A DNA stretch of 54,620 nucleotides, counting the filler, from Sphacelaria rigidula (lineage: Eukaryota): assembly GCA_964200075.2 (NCBI GenBank). It is 3 parts of 3 records of this genome, joined end to end, with 100 filler letters (N's around TTAATTAATTAA, not from the genome) between each part and the next. Parts side by side here need not be neighbours in the genome. Positions count along the whole stretch, not along the records: positions 18,242 to 36,382 come from CAXNAA020000905.1; 2 more parts are not named here. One strand, written 5' to 3'. A program made the translations under genes and the position numbers. Within the stretch, counting starts at the first letter, position 1. The number at the start of each line of letters is the position of its first letter. Shown here piece by piece: positions 24,001 through 36,382 of the stretch. Under the pieces are notes generated by a model. That model had not been told where the DNA came from. It did no database searches and was given only the letters and a program-made list of their open reading frames with translations.

Positions 24001-24699
24001 TTGTCATTTGGGGCAACTACTGTGTTCATTGTCGATTGCACTCGTGGGACAAAACTCGTGTCCTCTCAGAAGGTGTTTGGACATCGGCCCAACACCGACA
24101 TATCGGTTTTTGGCATCCAAAAATCCCATCCAAACACTTTCCCTTTCAGGTGTTCAAAGTGTAGCTAATTAACCCTTGGACGACGAGGAGTAGGTCATCT
24201 GTTGAATCGGCATCAACGTCACTTGAAGAAAGTACGCGTGGTCCAGATGGTCTACCCTCGCGGTCCAAAGCTTAACCCTTACACCGCGGTGCGGGTAGTG
24301 CATCTGGATCATGCATATTTTTTCCAAGTGAATTTTGATGCCGATGCAGCAGGTGACTTATCCTCGCGATCAAAGGGTTAAACAGCCGAATAGACCTTCA
24401 TGTGTTTCGATCTTCCACGCGCTGCTTTTGACCACTTTTGTCCACTAAAACGCGGTCCGCCCTTCTCGCGTATCTGGACGGTTGTCTGTTGGTGTTGCGA
24501 CATCACAGGTGTTTTTTTCGTCTACGACGTATCACCCTTCATGGTGGAGGTCATACCCAGTACGAGGAGCCCCTTTTCTCACTTGCTCATCCGCTTGTGT
24601 GCCGTAGCGGGAGGGGCTTTTGCCGTGTCTGCACTCGTGGACGCCGCCGTGTTCCACGTGTCCAACCGCTTGCGGCGGAAGAGCGTGCTTGGGGTATAG
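21070..24699 (+). CDS. ERGIC3: ERGIC3/Erv46-family endoplasmic reticulum vesicle transporter (5' exons not found in this contig)
   Basis: Exons 21070-21228, 21887-21967, 22503-22692, 23058-23333, 24509-24699 (stop). Family motifs YCGSCYGA..CCNTC, EGCRLYGFMEVNKVSGNFHV, FNTSHKIHTLSFG, NPLDG, FQYFIKLVPT, LPGVFFVYDVSP and a C-terminal TM segment (HLLIRLCAVAGGAFAVSALVD). Confidence 0.9.
22085..22370 (-). mobile_element. MITE family A, copy 4 (reverse; ERGIC3 intron), TTTT flanks
   Basis: Reverse complement of family A internal sequence; tttt|aacaatg...aaacattgtt|tttt. Confidence 0.85.
24169..24381. mobile_element. Two piggyBac-like MITEs inserted head-to-head sharing one TTAA
   Basis: TTAA at 24169, 24272 and 24378. 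First copy reverse, second forward relative to the 35961 copy. Confidence 0.8.
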
Positions 24700-25000
24700 C
24701 AGAAAGTAGTTGAGAACTGCACTCTGCGAGGAGAGACTGGTGGAGAGCTTGGGGTGTACGTGCAGTGGACACCGCCCCGTTTCATGGGTCAGACCACTTG
24801 GTCGAAGAAGAGCCTTGTTTGGGGTGTGCAGGGAAAATCTGATATGTTTTTCTCCCATGATAGGAGCAGAACATTGAACGCTGTGCTGTGAGAATAGTGT
24901 TTGTGAGGAAAGGGGAGCTTGGCATGAGTACGTTCACCTCGACATCTTGAGAGCTCGTTTTACCATTCCTTGTTTCTTCGGTGCAAGAGGTTTAAGATCG

Positions 25001-25242
25001 CTGACTGATAGCTCAGTGAATATGTTGTATATCTAAGAAAAATACAACCGGGGTCCGACAGTTGTCCTGTTATGGCCTGATACTTCTGAGTTTCTTCTTC
25101 GCTGAGAAGAGTCTCCTCCGGTTGTTCTGTAGACAACCCCGAACCGAATCCCGGTTGTACTTTTGTTAGATATACAACATATCCACTGAGCTATCAGTCA
25201 GCGCTGACTGATAGCTCAGTGGATATGTTGTATATCTAACAA
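25001..25242. mobile_element. 201-bp element with 52-bp TIRs (CTGACTGATAGCTCAGTG...) followed by a truncated extra TIR
   Basis: TIRs 25001-25052 and 25150-25201 (3 mismatches), cg on both sides, then a 39-bp TIR copy at 25204-25242. Confidence 0.85.
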
Positions 25243-25793
25243 GAGGATGTCCATATCGCTTCCTTCCCAGTGTCATGTTTCATCTCAACATTTGTACCAA
25301 GCTTGAGTGGCTCAAACGTGAAAATGATTGAATGTTGTCCTCATTTCTTATTTTTCTAGTTTCAGATTCTCTTATATATAATATTCTGCAGTAAACCTCG
25401 ATGGTGGGCACAAGAATTGTCAGCATCACCACATGAAAAAAAAAGAGCGGGCGAACGTTCGCCAGTCCACGAACGATATCAACATGTCGCCGTGGAAAAA
25501 TTCCTCACATTTATTGCCCACATCTTCCAACGAAATGTCTAGAATCCGTTATAGACCAGCATCACACTAGAGCAAATAGCGCGGGTGTCACCGCTGTGCA
25601 CCAAGCAACAACCGGGTGATGTTACGTGAGACCCCTCGCCAAGCTGCTAGCGTCCTGGTGGGGTTGCCACATCGGCCCTTGTTCAACACTCTTGAGTGGT
25701 GATCGGGGCAAAAACCGCCGAGGTTCAATGGCCACATGATACAGTATACCAAGTTTATACGGCTCAACACGCCAGACAGATGATGACAACATT

Positions 25794-26072
25794 AAATATT
25801 TGCGCGAGATTGAGAGTAGAGCGCTGATTGAGAGTGACTTTGATCATTCGCTTCAACTTGACCATTTTTTCATTCCATGTGTGCTTTTCTCTGCCCCCAT
25901 CACTGGCGTGTGTTCACAGCTACACATCGATATCCTACTTGGAGATATCAAGGGTCTCAGTGGCAAGCTACAACAAAAAGCATGTTGGGCCTCGTGGAGG
26001 GGTATTTCGGAACTGAAACGATTCATTCACTGATTGACTGCTTTTCACGCTCAATCTCACGAGAACATTCTT
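25794..26072 (+). mobile_element. MITE family A, copy 5
   Basis: gagattgagagtagagcgctgattgagagtga...gatatcaagggtctcagtggcaagc...tcaatctcacgagaacattctt. Confidence 0.85.
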
Positions 26073-28149
26073 CCACGAGCTTTAGTAGTGGGCGGTCTAA
26101 CTATTCACTTTTTGGCATTTTGTGATTTCTTCGTTTTTGGCAATTTTCTTCGGCTCTTTCCGCTTGCCATCGCTCATCACATTGGGAACCTCGAGATATT
26201 TGTACTTTATTCCCTATATATTTCAAGAGAAACAAGTCATCTGTATACCTAATGTTCAGTGACTAACGGGCTGACCGGTCATCCCGTGTCCTGCCACGTT
26301 TCAGCCCAGATCCTTACTCTTTGGTATTTTCGGTCGATCAAACCTGTCCCGATCAATATTTATAAGGAAGTGTACAGTTTTATTTTTTTGAAATTTTACC
26401 TACTCATTGCACTAGAGACGAAAAACTGTGTTTCACGGTCGGTAACACCCTCCTGATGAACGGAGTATTTGCACGTATAGCAGTCACCATCAGAAGTTTT
26501 CAGAATTCGTATTTGTCCTTTTTTCTGAGTTTTTCCGCAGTACCGTTCTTCACTACTACTTGGAAGTGCTAGCGCTGGTAGATTTAGGGGAAAAGCGTAG
26601 GCCACGCTCAAACTGCTGTGCTCACGTTGGTGTTTTTGGGGCGATACGGACTTGATACCCCGTTTATCAGGAGGGTGCTTTTGACCGTTTTCGGTCCAAT
26701 ATAAGCACTTTTCCCGCTCTTCAGCGACGAAACGGTGAATATTCAGATAAGGTATCACGTATAAAATTCTTCACAACAACGATCGAGATCGTGTTTCCCT
26801 CCTATACTGCACAGACCTGTCTAGCATTCTCTGCAGATGGCCTATTTTCGTTTTTTTTCGAATAACTTTTTCCATGAACACTCGAAAGTGCTAGCGTCGA
26901 TAGTTTTGGCAAAATAAGCAAACCGTGATCACATCACAATCGCCCAAGTTGGTGTTGTGGGGGTGATACCGGGTAAAGACCCCGTTCACCACGAGGGTGT
27001 TATTGACCGTAAATGGTACAAGGAACATAGTTTTCCTGCTTTAGCGCGTTGACTGGGTGGAATTAGAAAAAAAACAATTGTTCATGAGTCTTGACTTATA
27101 TAATCCGGATCGAGTCGGTCCACCGAGAATACCGAAACCTAGAGCCTGGGGTCGTATTTTCGCAGGACCCCCGAAAATCGGTCAAGCCTACAAGTTCACT
27201 TATAATTGATCGCAGATGATTTCTCTTCCAATATTTGTCGAGAGGTATAAAATGTCTCCGGATGCCATTTTTTTTGGCATCCAACAGTCACTGTGATGAG
27301 CGGTGGCAAGCAAAACAAATTTGGACAATCTTTGAGAAACGAAGAAATTACGGATTCTGCATACTTCTGACGCTGACTACTGTATCGCCCATCAACACCA
27401 TTCAACACCGACTTCGGCACTGTGTTTCGAGGATAATTTGTTTACTGTACCAAAATCTACCGATGCTAGCAATTTCAACTTCCATCGAAGAGTAGTACGC
27501 GAGGAAAACCCCAAAACACCGCTGAATAGTTAGACAGCCCACTACTGTACCCCAAATAACTAATCGATGGGGATTCCCAGATCCGTGCTCCACCAACACA
27601 AAATGAGTCGACAGGGGCGTCCGAGAAGCCGGAGCGTTGCTTTGCGCTACTCCGCGTGTCCAGCGCTGTAGGGAAAGGGGCCAAATGGGCTAGCTCATGA
27701 GCTGTACGACGTCTGCAGGTTTCGGAACGACGGATCCCTCGTCGATGTTCAGCTCAATCGTCTCACAAACGAATGTGTCCACTTCGAAGAATACATGTGC
27801 ACGTCTTGTCTTTTCAAGACTCAACACCAAAATCATTTGGAGTATACCGCCTCACGCACGAGAATACAAGGCAGTCACGACTCATTACATGAAGGTATCG
27901 CCAGCACATCTCCCCTGTCCAACTGTCAAAGTCCATTGTAAGCTATTTCAACCGAGGAAAGACAAGAAAATTGTATCACCATCAGCTTACAAAATCGCGT
28001 ACAACCCAACACTCAAACTCTTGCTCTAGAATCACTTGATTTCTTACGCCTGTCCGGAGAATGATGCAGGCGTTAAAATGAGTAAACAAGCTGTTTGATG
28101 AAAAGCGTTAAAAAACCAATATCATCGTATCCTATAGACGCAACGGGTG

Positions 28150-28550
28150 GTACGCTGAGACAAACATGAGCTAACTTGTCCCGATAAAAACGGGAAGCAG
28201 CGCAGGCTTTTCCTGCATGCTGCAAGGTACGCTAATCCAAAATAAAGACCAGACCTTGTGAAAATGACACCCGCGGTGGTGTGCCAAGGGAAGCAACCAT
28301 GAGCTAACTTGTCCCCATGAAAACGGGAAGCAAGGCAGACTTTTCCTGAATGTTGAACAGTATTGCTATTCCAAAAGAAACTAGACCTTGTGACTTTGAC
28401 AACCGCAGCGGTGCGCCAAGACAACCATGAGCTAACTTGTCCCGATAAAAACGGGAAGCAACGCAGACTTCTCCTGCAGGCTACACGGTACGCTAATCCG
28501 AGGTAAACACTAGACCATATGAAAATGACCAGCACCAGGTCTCAAGACAA
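28150..28550. repeat. Tandem repeat, 3 units of ~130 bp
   Basis: catgagctaacttgtccc..t.aaaacgggaagca at 28165, 28298 and 28426 (periods 133 and 128). Confidence 0.9.
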
Positions 28551-28897
28551 CAGTCCGCGCCCAACAACTTGACGGGAAGAAGCGACACTGTAGCCACAGT
28601 GTCCACCGTAAGTCCACGCGGTACTCCTAGCAACACCTTTAGATAGATGAAGTCACATTCATGATAAAAAAACGCCTGCCTGCAGGCTTCGAGCAGAATG
28701 CTCAGAGTCCGTTAGTCGTTGAGGTGAGAAATCACCACAACACTGACATTTCCCTCATTAAAAATGATGACTCGCCCCAATCTTGCCTCATACTCAAAAA
28801 TTACTTTCGAGCAGCAAATCATCTGCTCCGCTTCCTTTTCCACCCAATCACGCTGCCTTCCTCCTCTGTGCCCATCGTATGGGACAGAAGGACACCA

Positions 28898-31800
28898 TTA
28901 CTCGGCCTGGTAAAACACAGTGCTGCCACCGTCTTCGACGTATCGGCAGCAGTTGTACGACCTCCACAAAGCGGGCATGATCGGGGTAGGATCGGACAGG
29001 TGGTACTCCCCCAGGAAAGCACGGATGTGCTCGGACGCCTCCTGAGCATGGTAGAACGGCATCTTGCTGAACAGGTGGTGGCACACGTGCGTGTCTGCGA
29101 TGTGGTGGATCACGTGGTCGATGATCCACCCGAAAGACCGGTCAACGGTGCACAAGGCGCCCCTGAACCAGTCCCACTCACTGCCCCTGAAGTGGGGCAT
29201 GAACACGTCCGTGTGCTGGAGGTACGTGATGAGCACCAGGTAGAGGTTGGTCACCATGTACGGGATGAGGTAGAACTTCGCCACCATGAGAAAGCCGAGA
29301 GCGTAGATAGCGTAGCCCAGAACGCCAAGTGCCACGAAGAAGCCCAGGTCGGAAACGACGATGTCCGCGCGGTCGCGCTCCTCGAACATCTGCGAATTCG
29401 ATGTGTGGTAGAAAAGTTCAAGGCTACATACACGTGTCGTGGGCACGGTGTGTATCATGAATAGGTTTCAAGGGTTGGACGAACAATTATTCGTTTGAAA
29501 TTACTCGCTTTCAGTGTAGTTGATTCGTACCTCAAGCATCATTACTTGTGCTCCAGGCATGTGGAGTAGTTTCTAATCTGCGTGTGAGACTTTTTCGACC
29601 CGCGGTCAACTCTTCCCCTCTCTTTCGAGTAATCAGGCCTCAGAAATCGTAGATTTGGTTGTCCGAACCAGCGGTGATTCGTCCAGTCCTCGACAGGTGT
29701 CATGGCTGGTTAAGTACAGGCTGGGCCGCCCAAGAATCAGACTTTTCTTCAGCCGGTTCTGACTGATTATCTATCGCGAGTTGTGCTCATCATGACACAT
29801 CGTGGTAATCTACATATCAACGCGCGTCCTTCACTCCACGTAGCACTGCGATCTGACGAGTTCTCCTAAAACAAAATATCAAAGTGTAGTCAGCTGCGAA
29901 GTGTAGAGATTCGAGGGTGGCATGTGCGGCGGAATGAGGGGGGGAAAACGGCTGGAATCGCTTCGTCGGTTACAGTTGATTCTGCCGCGGCTGCAAAGAG
30001 ATGTGCTGCACAAGTTGTGGTTGTACAACAATGCACGTCGTACTGTAGGCGCGCATTGTCCGACATGGCACGCGGACGAGACCTCCAGCGCGCTGAACCG
30101 TCCAGTAGTATTGTGAACCGGTGACCAGTGGGTGAACAAAGCTTGTAGAGAGCGTTGAAGTTCCGGCTGAGGTTGAACTGTGGAAGAAAGTCAGCCGGTT
30201 CTCAACAGAAAAGCGCACTTGCGCTGGTCAATTTTGAGTCGTTTGCTCTGAAATTTTGACACGATGTACCTGAGGTATGTGCGAAGCCCTTATCGTTTCT
30301 CCTTCATTTTTTCTTTCCCTCATGAAATATTGATTAAGAATTCGGAATCATTTATTTTGGTACAAAAGCGTCGACAACTCATTGAAAAAGAAAGAAAAGA
30401 TCAAAGGGCGACAATAGGGTCTTGACAACATACCTCATGCACATCGTTTCAAAATTCCGTGGAAAAAGACTTGAAATTGAAGAGCACATCCACGTTTCGT
30501 TTTCTCGTGGCTGGTCCACCTCCACGTGGGAACCCGTCTCCGACACGAACACGCGATTATGGAGCTCGATTTGGGATCGGTATATATGAAATTTTGACAC
30601 GATGCACAGGAGGCACGTGCAAAGACTGCATTATCTGCCCTCTACATTTTTCCTTCGACCATATCAAAACAGTTTTTCGGCACTGAATAATGAGAACTCA
30701 CGAAAACAAAAAAGTGGGGGGCAGATGATGGAGTCTTCGCACATGCGTCCTGTACATCGTGGCAATATTTAATGGAAAACGACCGAAAATTGAGCTGCAT
30801 AATCGCGTGTTCACATCCCTGTCCGCATCATGCGGGGCCCAGCCTTTGCCGAGTGGGTTTTTACGTATTTTGAGCCGAGCCCCAAATCGTGCGCGGTACT
30901 CGACGTAAATGTAATGCATGGCGATGGAGAACCAAAACGAACCTCAAAAAAAGCGTGCAGGGCGAAATCCAAACAGGAGAGAGCGAATGGACAGGAATTC
31001 CCAAGCAAAAAAAACATCTTCTGTTCTTGAACACAATGTTTTTTCACGTTTTCCCCAGAATAATCACATTCGCTCTCAAATCAAGATCCGGAGTTGAAAG
31101 AGAGAAGATTCCCGGGCAAACACGCATTAAAATATATATCTTCTCCGGTGCGGAGTATCTTGCAGTCGTGGCGAGCCGCAGGCGGTGCTCCCTGTATTAT
31201 TGAGATATATGTCAACCCGAAAATCTTGGATGAAATAAACGAGCAACGGCATACCGGTAAAGGAACCAGCAGGGATCAGAAACATATACACCTCATAAAT
31301 TGCCGATGGATGAAGGGGCAAACAAGATACGGAGGGCGGGGGGTTCCTTCAGGAAGTAGCCACATTACGTCATGGACTTCCGAACACACCAAACCATACA
31401 GGATACAGCAAAAAACAGCAATAAAAAAAACATAAAATAACGCAGAACGGGAAACAACACCTGCGTGTGCAATGCTGCGTGATCGGCGGCGATTGAGCCA
31501 AATGATTGGGGGACATCAATTTTATGCTGGTGTCGGAAGGGAAACGGCTTTCCAAGTCTTCAGTGTTCCACGATGACGGCGCGGAGAGTCGGTCGTCCAA
31601 CATCATCAGCCTAGTACTAGACATGGTGCACGACTTTTGCATATGTAAGAGCCCAGCAAAGCTTGCACTCGGGGTGCATATCCATGTACTGTAGTGGAAA
31701 AAAAATGAACGGCACTGTCGAGGCAACCGAACCTTGTATCCTGAGGGTCTCTCCTTGTCGCAGAAGCTCTGGGTATCAGTAGCGAAATAGTGGTGGTCCA

Positions 31801-33222
31801 TGGAACATTTTTTTATATAACTCGTGAACTACGAGGACCTAAATCGTCCACAAAACAGCTCTTCCGCCGAACGAAACTTTCGTCGCGGGAATATGGTTCA
31901 CCTCACCCCGATTCTGGGAGGGCAAAGATATATTCTGTTCAAGCTTCGACAATCCCTTCCTAGCGGTTGAGCATTTGACGGAAGCTCGAACGTGGCAGTG
32001 GGAAGGCGAATAATAGAGTAGATATCTCGCTGCAGTACGCTTTCTGAAGAGTAAGTCAAGCGCGACACGATTGTAAAACATTCGAGATCTTCGATCGCAT
32101 CATCTGTAGATAGCGGGCCACTTCTACCCTCTAGACGGCAACTGAGTAGAATTGCAAATATTTATGGATAACATACGTAGTACCTCCCGTGCCCCTGTCC
32201 GGCGATTTACGACAAGAGTGAGTTTCGTGGCTCATACTCCCGGGGAAGCTACTTACCAAGTCCCTCGTTTTGACTCCGACTCTACAGTAGTTTCTATCAG
32301 TTTTGAGGGGATATTGCGGGCAAAGGGTCAAGACAGCGTCCGTATGTCGTTGACTGAAAAAAATATGCTCAGTGTTGGGTCAATACACCTGCTTCGCCCG
32401 GTTCAAACCATAACATGTGTAAACTCCACGATAGGCGGCCATGATATGGCCGCGCGTTCAAATCCAAGGCTGCCACATGTACCATGATACCATGCACGAG
32501 AAAAACATAATGATGGATCTCGAACCAAAAACACTTGGGGTCACCACTTGTGTAGTACCCAGCACTATAATCCTCACCTTAGCCCAGGGGTTGAAGTGGC
32601 TCTTGGCAAGCCCTCTGTACTTCGCCGGGCCGGTAGCGTTGAACACCAAATATCCGGGCATCCATCCGACGGTCAGCATCAAGATGATCCAGGCCAGTTG
32701 TACGATGGGTGCCTCATGCACAACCTCCGCAATGTCATCCTCCGCCTTGGCACTTTTGCCGTAGTCCGTTCGCACCCCGGGGCAAAACACTTCGTCATTT
32801 TCGCAAGACCCCGTGTTGTTGTGGTGTTTCGCGTGGGTGATACGCCACGAGTGGTACGGTACGAGCAAAGCTGAGTGACACACCAACCCCACAAGATTAT
32901 TAATTGTCTTCGATTCGGAGAACGCCTGGTGTCCACACTCGTGAGCGATCACCCACACGCCGGTCATTTGCGTGCCCTGGACAAACCAGTACAAGGGCCA
33001 CAGGAGATACGTCGCACACGCGGGAATTACGCCGTTCGAGATGTACGTGGCCAGGTACCCGAGCGTGGCCACCAGGATGAGATCTGTGACGAGGTGGTAC
33101 ATCGAGGTTGCCAGGCTTCGCTTGAAGCAGTGTCGCGGGATGGCCTTTTGGAGGTCCGTGAACTTAAAAGGCGGCCGCGCCAAGGGGAGCGGCTTGGGCG
33201 CTTGGAAGCGGTGGGCGATACC
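28898..33222 (-). CDS. FAD2: Microsomal delta-12/omega-6 fatty acid desaturase (first ATG exon not located)
   Basis: Exons 33222-32578 (cag|GIAHRFQAPKPLPLARPPFKFTDLQKAIPRHCFKRS...HFNPWAK|gtgagg) and 29389-28898 (cag|MFEERDRADIV...VFYQAE*), separated by a 3188-bp intron. Three His boxes HECGH, HAKHH and HVCHH, plus LITYLQHTD and RGALCTVDRSFG. Confidence 0.95.
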
Positions 33223-34099
33223 CTGTTCTCAAGGCGTGTTGTGGAACCGGATCGGGGTGGGAGCAACGTAAATATTAGGAAACGTGAACGCGTATTTCAC
33301 TTATATGGTGATATTGGAGTCGACCTGAAAATATTCGTACTACTGTGATGTATAGAGGGATACCGTCGGACAAGACGAGATCTGCGTGCACTAGCTTTTA
33401 CAACCCCCCCCAATTGCAGCCTAGCCCCAGACAGAGAAGGGATGCACGTTGCTTGGAAGCCTTATTTTCATCCTCATAATCCTCGACGTCCCTTTTTCTC
33501 GGAGTTCTCTCTCGGCACGCGCCCCATATCTCGACGTCACGGATCGTATCCGCATTTCCCGCACCGTGTCATATCTCGTCAAATGTTCCATGTCCTCACG
33601 TTTTCAAAGACAAACACCTTCCACTGGCTCAAGGTGAAAGAGACTGACGACCACGGCGTGCCGGAATAAAAGGTGAGCTACAGTGATTAGACACGCGGAA
33701 CACCCCGTCGACGAAGCTGTCACTTTGTAGCACATTCGGACTACACTTGTACTTGTTTGACATCTTTTTAGAACTTTTTAATCTGCTCCAACTTGGCCGT
33801 GGGTTGATACTGCGAAGAAAAATATCATGCTTATGTTGCAGAAGGCCGCTCCGAACGTGTGAAAGGTGCTGCGTAGCTTTCAAATGTGTAACACATGAGG
33901 TGTGAGGTGACCAGTGCAGTTGCTATTCCATTTCGTCCTCTTCGTCAGTCAAAGCAGAACGTGCCACGATGTCATGGACATTACACTGCAATATGTATAG
34001 ACGACCGAGAAGAACACTATTTTCAAAGAGTGTTTTTGAGCTTTGATATCCTCCAGGGGGGGAAAGCGGGGGCTGGAGTATACGGCCATTCACCTCAAC

Positions 34100-34440
34100 C
34101 CTCAAACACGTGGTCATGGGATTGGCAATTTTCGACAAAAAATCGGTTCGAGCACAAGGGTTCAAGGGTCGGACAAATCAACAATTCGCCTGGAAGTTAC
34201 TCGGTTCTAGTGTATTTGATTTGAATCGTACGAATCAATCCCTAGGCTTTGTTTTCAGCGTTGTAACCCAGGTACACGCAGCCCAGACACATGGAATAGC
34301 GCAAAAGTTGCGTGGATACCCCTTGGACCAGCGGTCAACTGTTTTCTCCCTTTGGGGCAATCAGGCCGAAGAAATCGTTGATTGGTGATTCGAACGCGTG
34401 ATGATTCGTCCTAACCGTGCAAGGGTTACAGTGACGACGT
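34100..34440 (+). repeat. Old dispersed repeat, related copies at ~23420-24000 and ~29470-29720
   Basis: Shared blocks ttgttttcagcgttg.aacccagg, cggtcaac and gcaatcaggc..a.aaa.cgt. Confidence 0.6.
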
Positions 34441-34747
34441 CGCTTCTCATGATCGCGACAAAAAAGACCGAAAAAAGTTCGAGCTGTCGCCATTCCCTTA
34501 GACTCTTCTACCCGAGAGTGGTTGGTTCCCGAAAGCGTTTTGTGCATTTTCACCACCCTGAAAAACGTGTGGTGCGTTGTACACCCACTATGGGAGGGGG
34601 GGAACCCGCTGCGTAATACTCGTCATGATCTCTTCGGTGAGATAAACAGCGGTTGTTGAACTCTGTGCTTTCTACGGCCATGTACTGCTGTACTGTACAA
34701 TCCTGTGCGCATGTAATCCCCGCCGAGCCTCGGTGGCCAAACTTCGG

Positions 34748-35292
34748 CGAGCTCGCCCAGCTGACAGTGATTTTTTAATCAAGAGGGGAGATGCGATTGG
34801 CAATTCGAAAAAACGGGCGCTGAAATTTCGACACCACATTTTCATCATCAACCCGGGCAATACTCTCGGTGGAGTAGAGGGCAAATGTCACAGTCTCCTT
34901 AAAAATGATAAAAACGACACTCCAACACAAACGGGCACTCGCGTCAACGACATCCTGGTGAAGTTTCAGTCATGAGTACCTCAAATTGGGCGCCGCATCG
35001 CACTTCGTGTGACACGGCCGCGCCCGTTTCATTCAAGTGATAAAGGAGACACCAATCATGGTGGTTATGAGTTGGAATCACGACATCTTCTCTTTTTTTT
35101 CGTCCGTCCTTAACGTCATATATTACGCAGTACATTTTTTTTCACTGTTTTCTTTCATTCAGCGGCGGTGTCGTGTGTAACCAAAGGTTGGTCTGCACTC
35201 CACAGCGATATGCTCAAGTCGCGTTGATTTGGAAAACTTGAGCATTTGTGGTGTCGAGAGCGGATGCGGGACTTACTGCTGGCCCAGCTCGT
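34748..35292 (+). mobile_element. Family C element, second copy
   Basis: Degenerate left TIR cgagctcgcccagc, shared internal sequence, right TIR gctggcccagctcgta. Confidence 0.75.
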
Positions 35293-35960
35293 ACACACAG
35301 TTGAAACCAGTTGAGACAGCCTCTGACGGTTCGAAATGCGGCAGATGCGTCCTTCCGACAAATCACCACCTTCCATTGCTGAAAATGTGAGGGCTGGCGC
35401 AGCAAATAAAACGTCTTGGACGAGTCGATGCGTGGGGGGGAAGGGATGATCTCATCAGCGATACAATAATGTAGGGCGTGAACCTGGAACACATGTTCGG
35501 TTAAAACAACGGACTCGTCCCGAGCAACAAGAGGGGTTCCGAGTGTACCCAAAGAACGAAGTGCTGCGCAGTACCCCGTTTGTGCCGTCCTACTCGTACT
35601 GCACGTACCGTGCGGCATGCTGCTACAGTGTGCGCATGCATACATGTACCATACAGCTGTACTCAGCGCACTCTGTGAAGCAGCAGCTGCAGCGTGCTCG
35701 ATAAGAGGCGTTTGTGATTGGCGCTTTTTCTGACGAACTTCCATCTCTCCGATACAGTTTTTTTCTCTGCTTCTTCTTCGGCAAAATGGGCGGGAAGGGC
35801 AAATGCCTAAAAAACTCATGATTTTCAAGAGCCCTTCCCCGAGATTAGCATCCTTAACCCTTCCATCACCAGAGTCGGCGATCTGGATTGCGACTTTCAC
35901 TTTTCTAGTGACAACCAATCATGCCCATTCAACGCATGATCGTCGCCGGCGGTGAAGGGA

Positions 35961-36067
35961 TTAACCCTTAGACCGCGAGGGTAGTCTTAAATGGATCATG
36001 CATACTTTACTTCGCTTGAAATTGACGCCGATTCAACAGAAGACTCACCTCGCGGTCTACGGGTTAA
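35961..36067 (+). mobile_element. piggyBac-like ~100-bp MITE
   Basis: ttaa|cccttagaccgcgagg...cctcgcggtctacggg|ttaa; CCC/GGG termini and a TTAA duplication are piggyBac hallmarks. Confidence 0.85.
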
Positions 36068-36382
36068 GCTGTCGAGGGTCCCAATAAAATACACAAGAAA
36101 CATTGGAGAGATGACTTTTCCCGATTTTTTCGGGACGAAAACAGTTTCCGAGACCATTCAAAATGTGCTACAACTGTTACGGGGGTGATTGGGGCTCGAT
36201 TTTGGGCACTATATACACGGAAAATAGACCGACCAACTCCACAGTCAGTTGACTTCAGAAGAACTGAAACCTAAATGAGCCAATCAGTATCAATCACAAG
36301 TACACGCGTCACTCGAAATGACGACGGCGCTCATACAATACGTATGTACCACGAGTCGTACTGCTTTAGTACATTCTACAGC

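Noticed and set aside
25009..25025. tRNA-like tagctcagtg(g/a)ata motif as a tRNA gene
   Set aside because: Only an A-box-like string within a TIR; no B box or cloverleaf.
28150..28550. CRISPR-like repeat-spacer pattern
   Set aside because: The intervening sequences are homologous to each other (whole-unit tandem repeat), the context is eukaryotic and there are no cas genes.
28661..29464. 267-aa plus-strand ORF
   Set aside because: Antisense shadow of the FAD2 last exon caused by GC3-rich codon usage; no independent motifs.
35214..35918. 234-aa minus-strand ORF, possible FAD2 5' exon or new gene
   Set aside because: TTG start, low-complexity content, runs into a family C transposon; no FAD2-like N-terminus or convincing splice sites.
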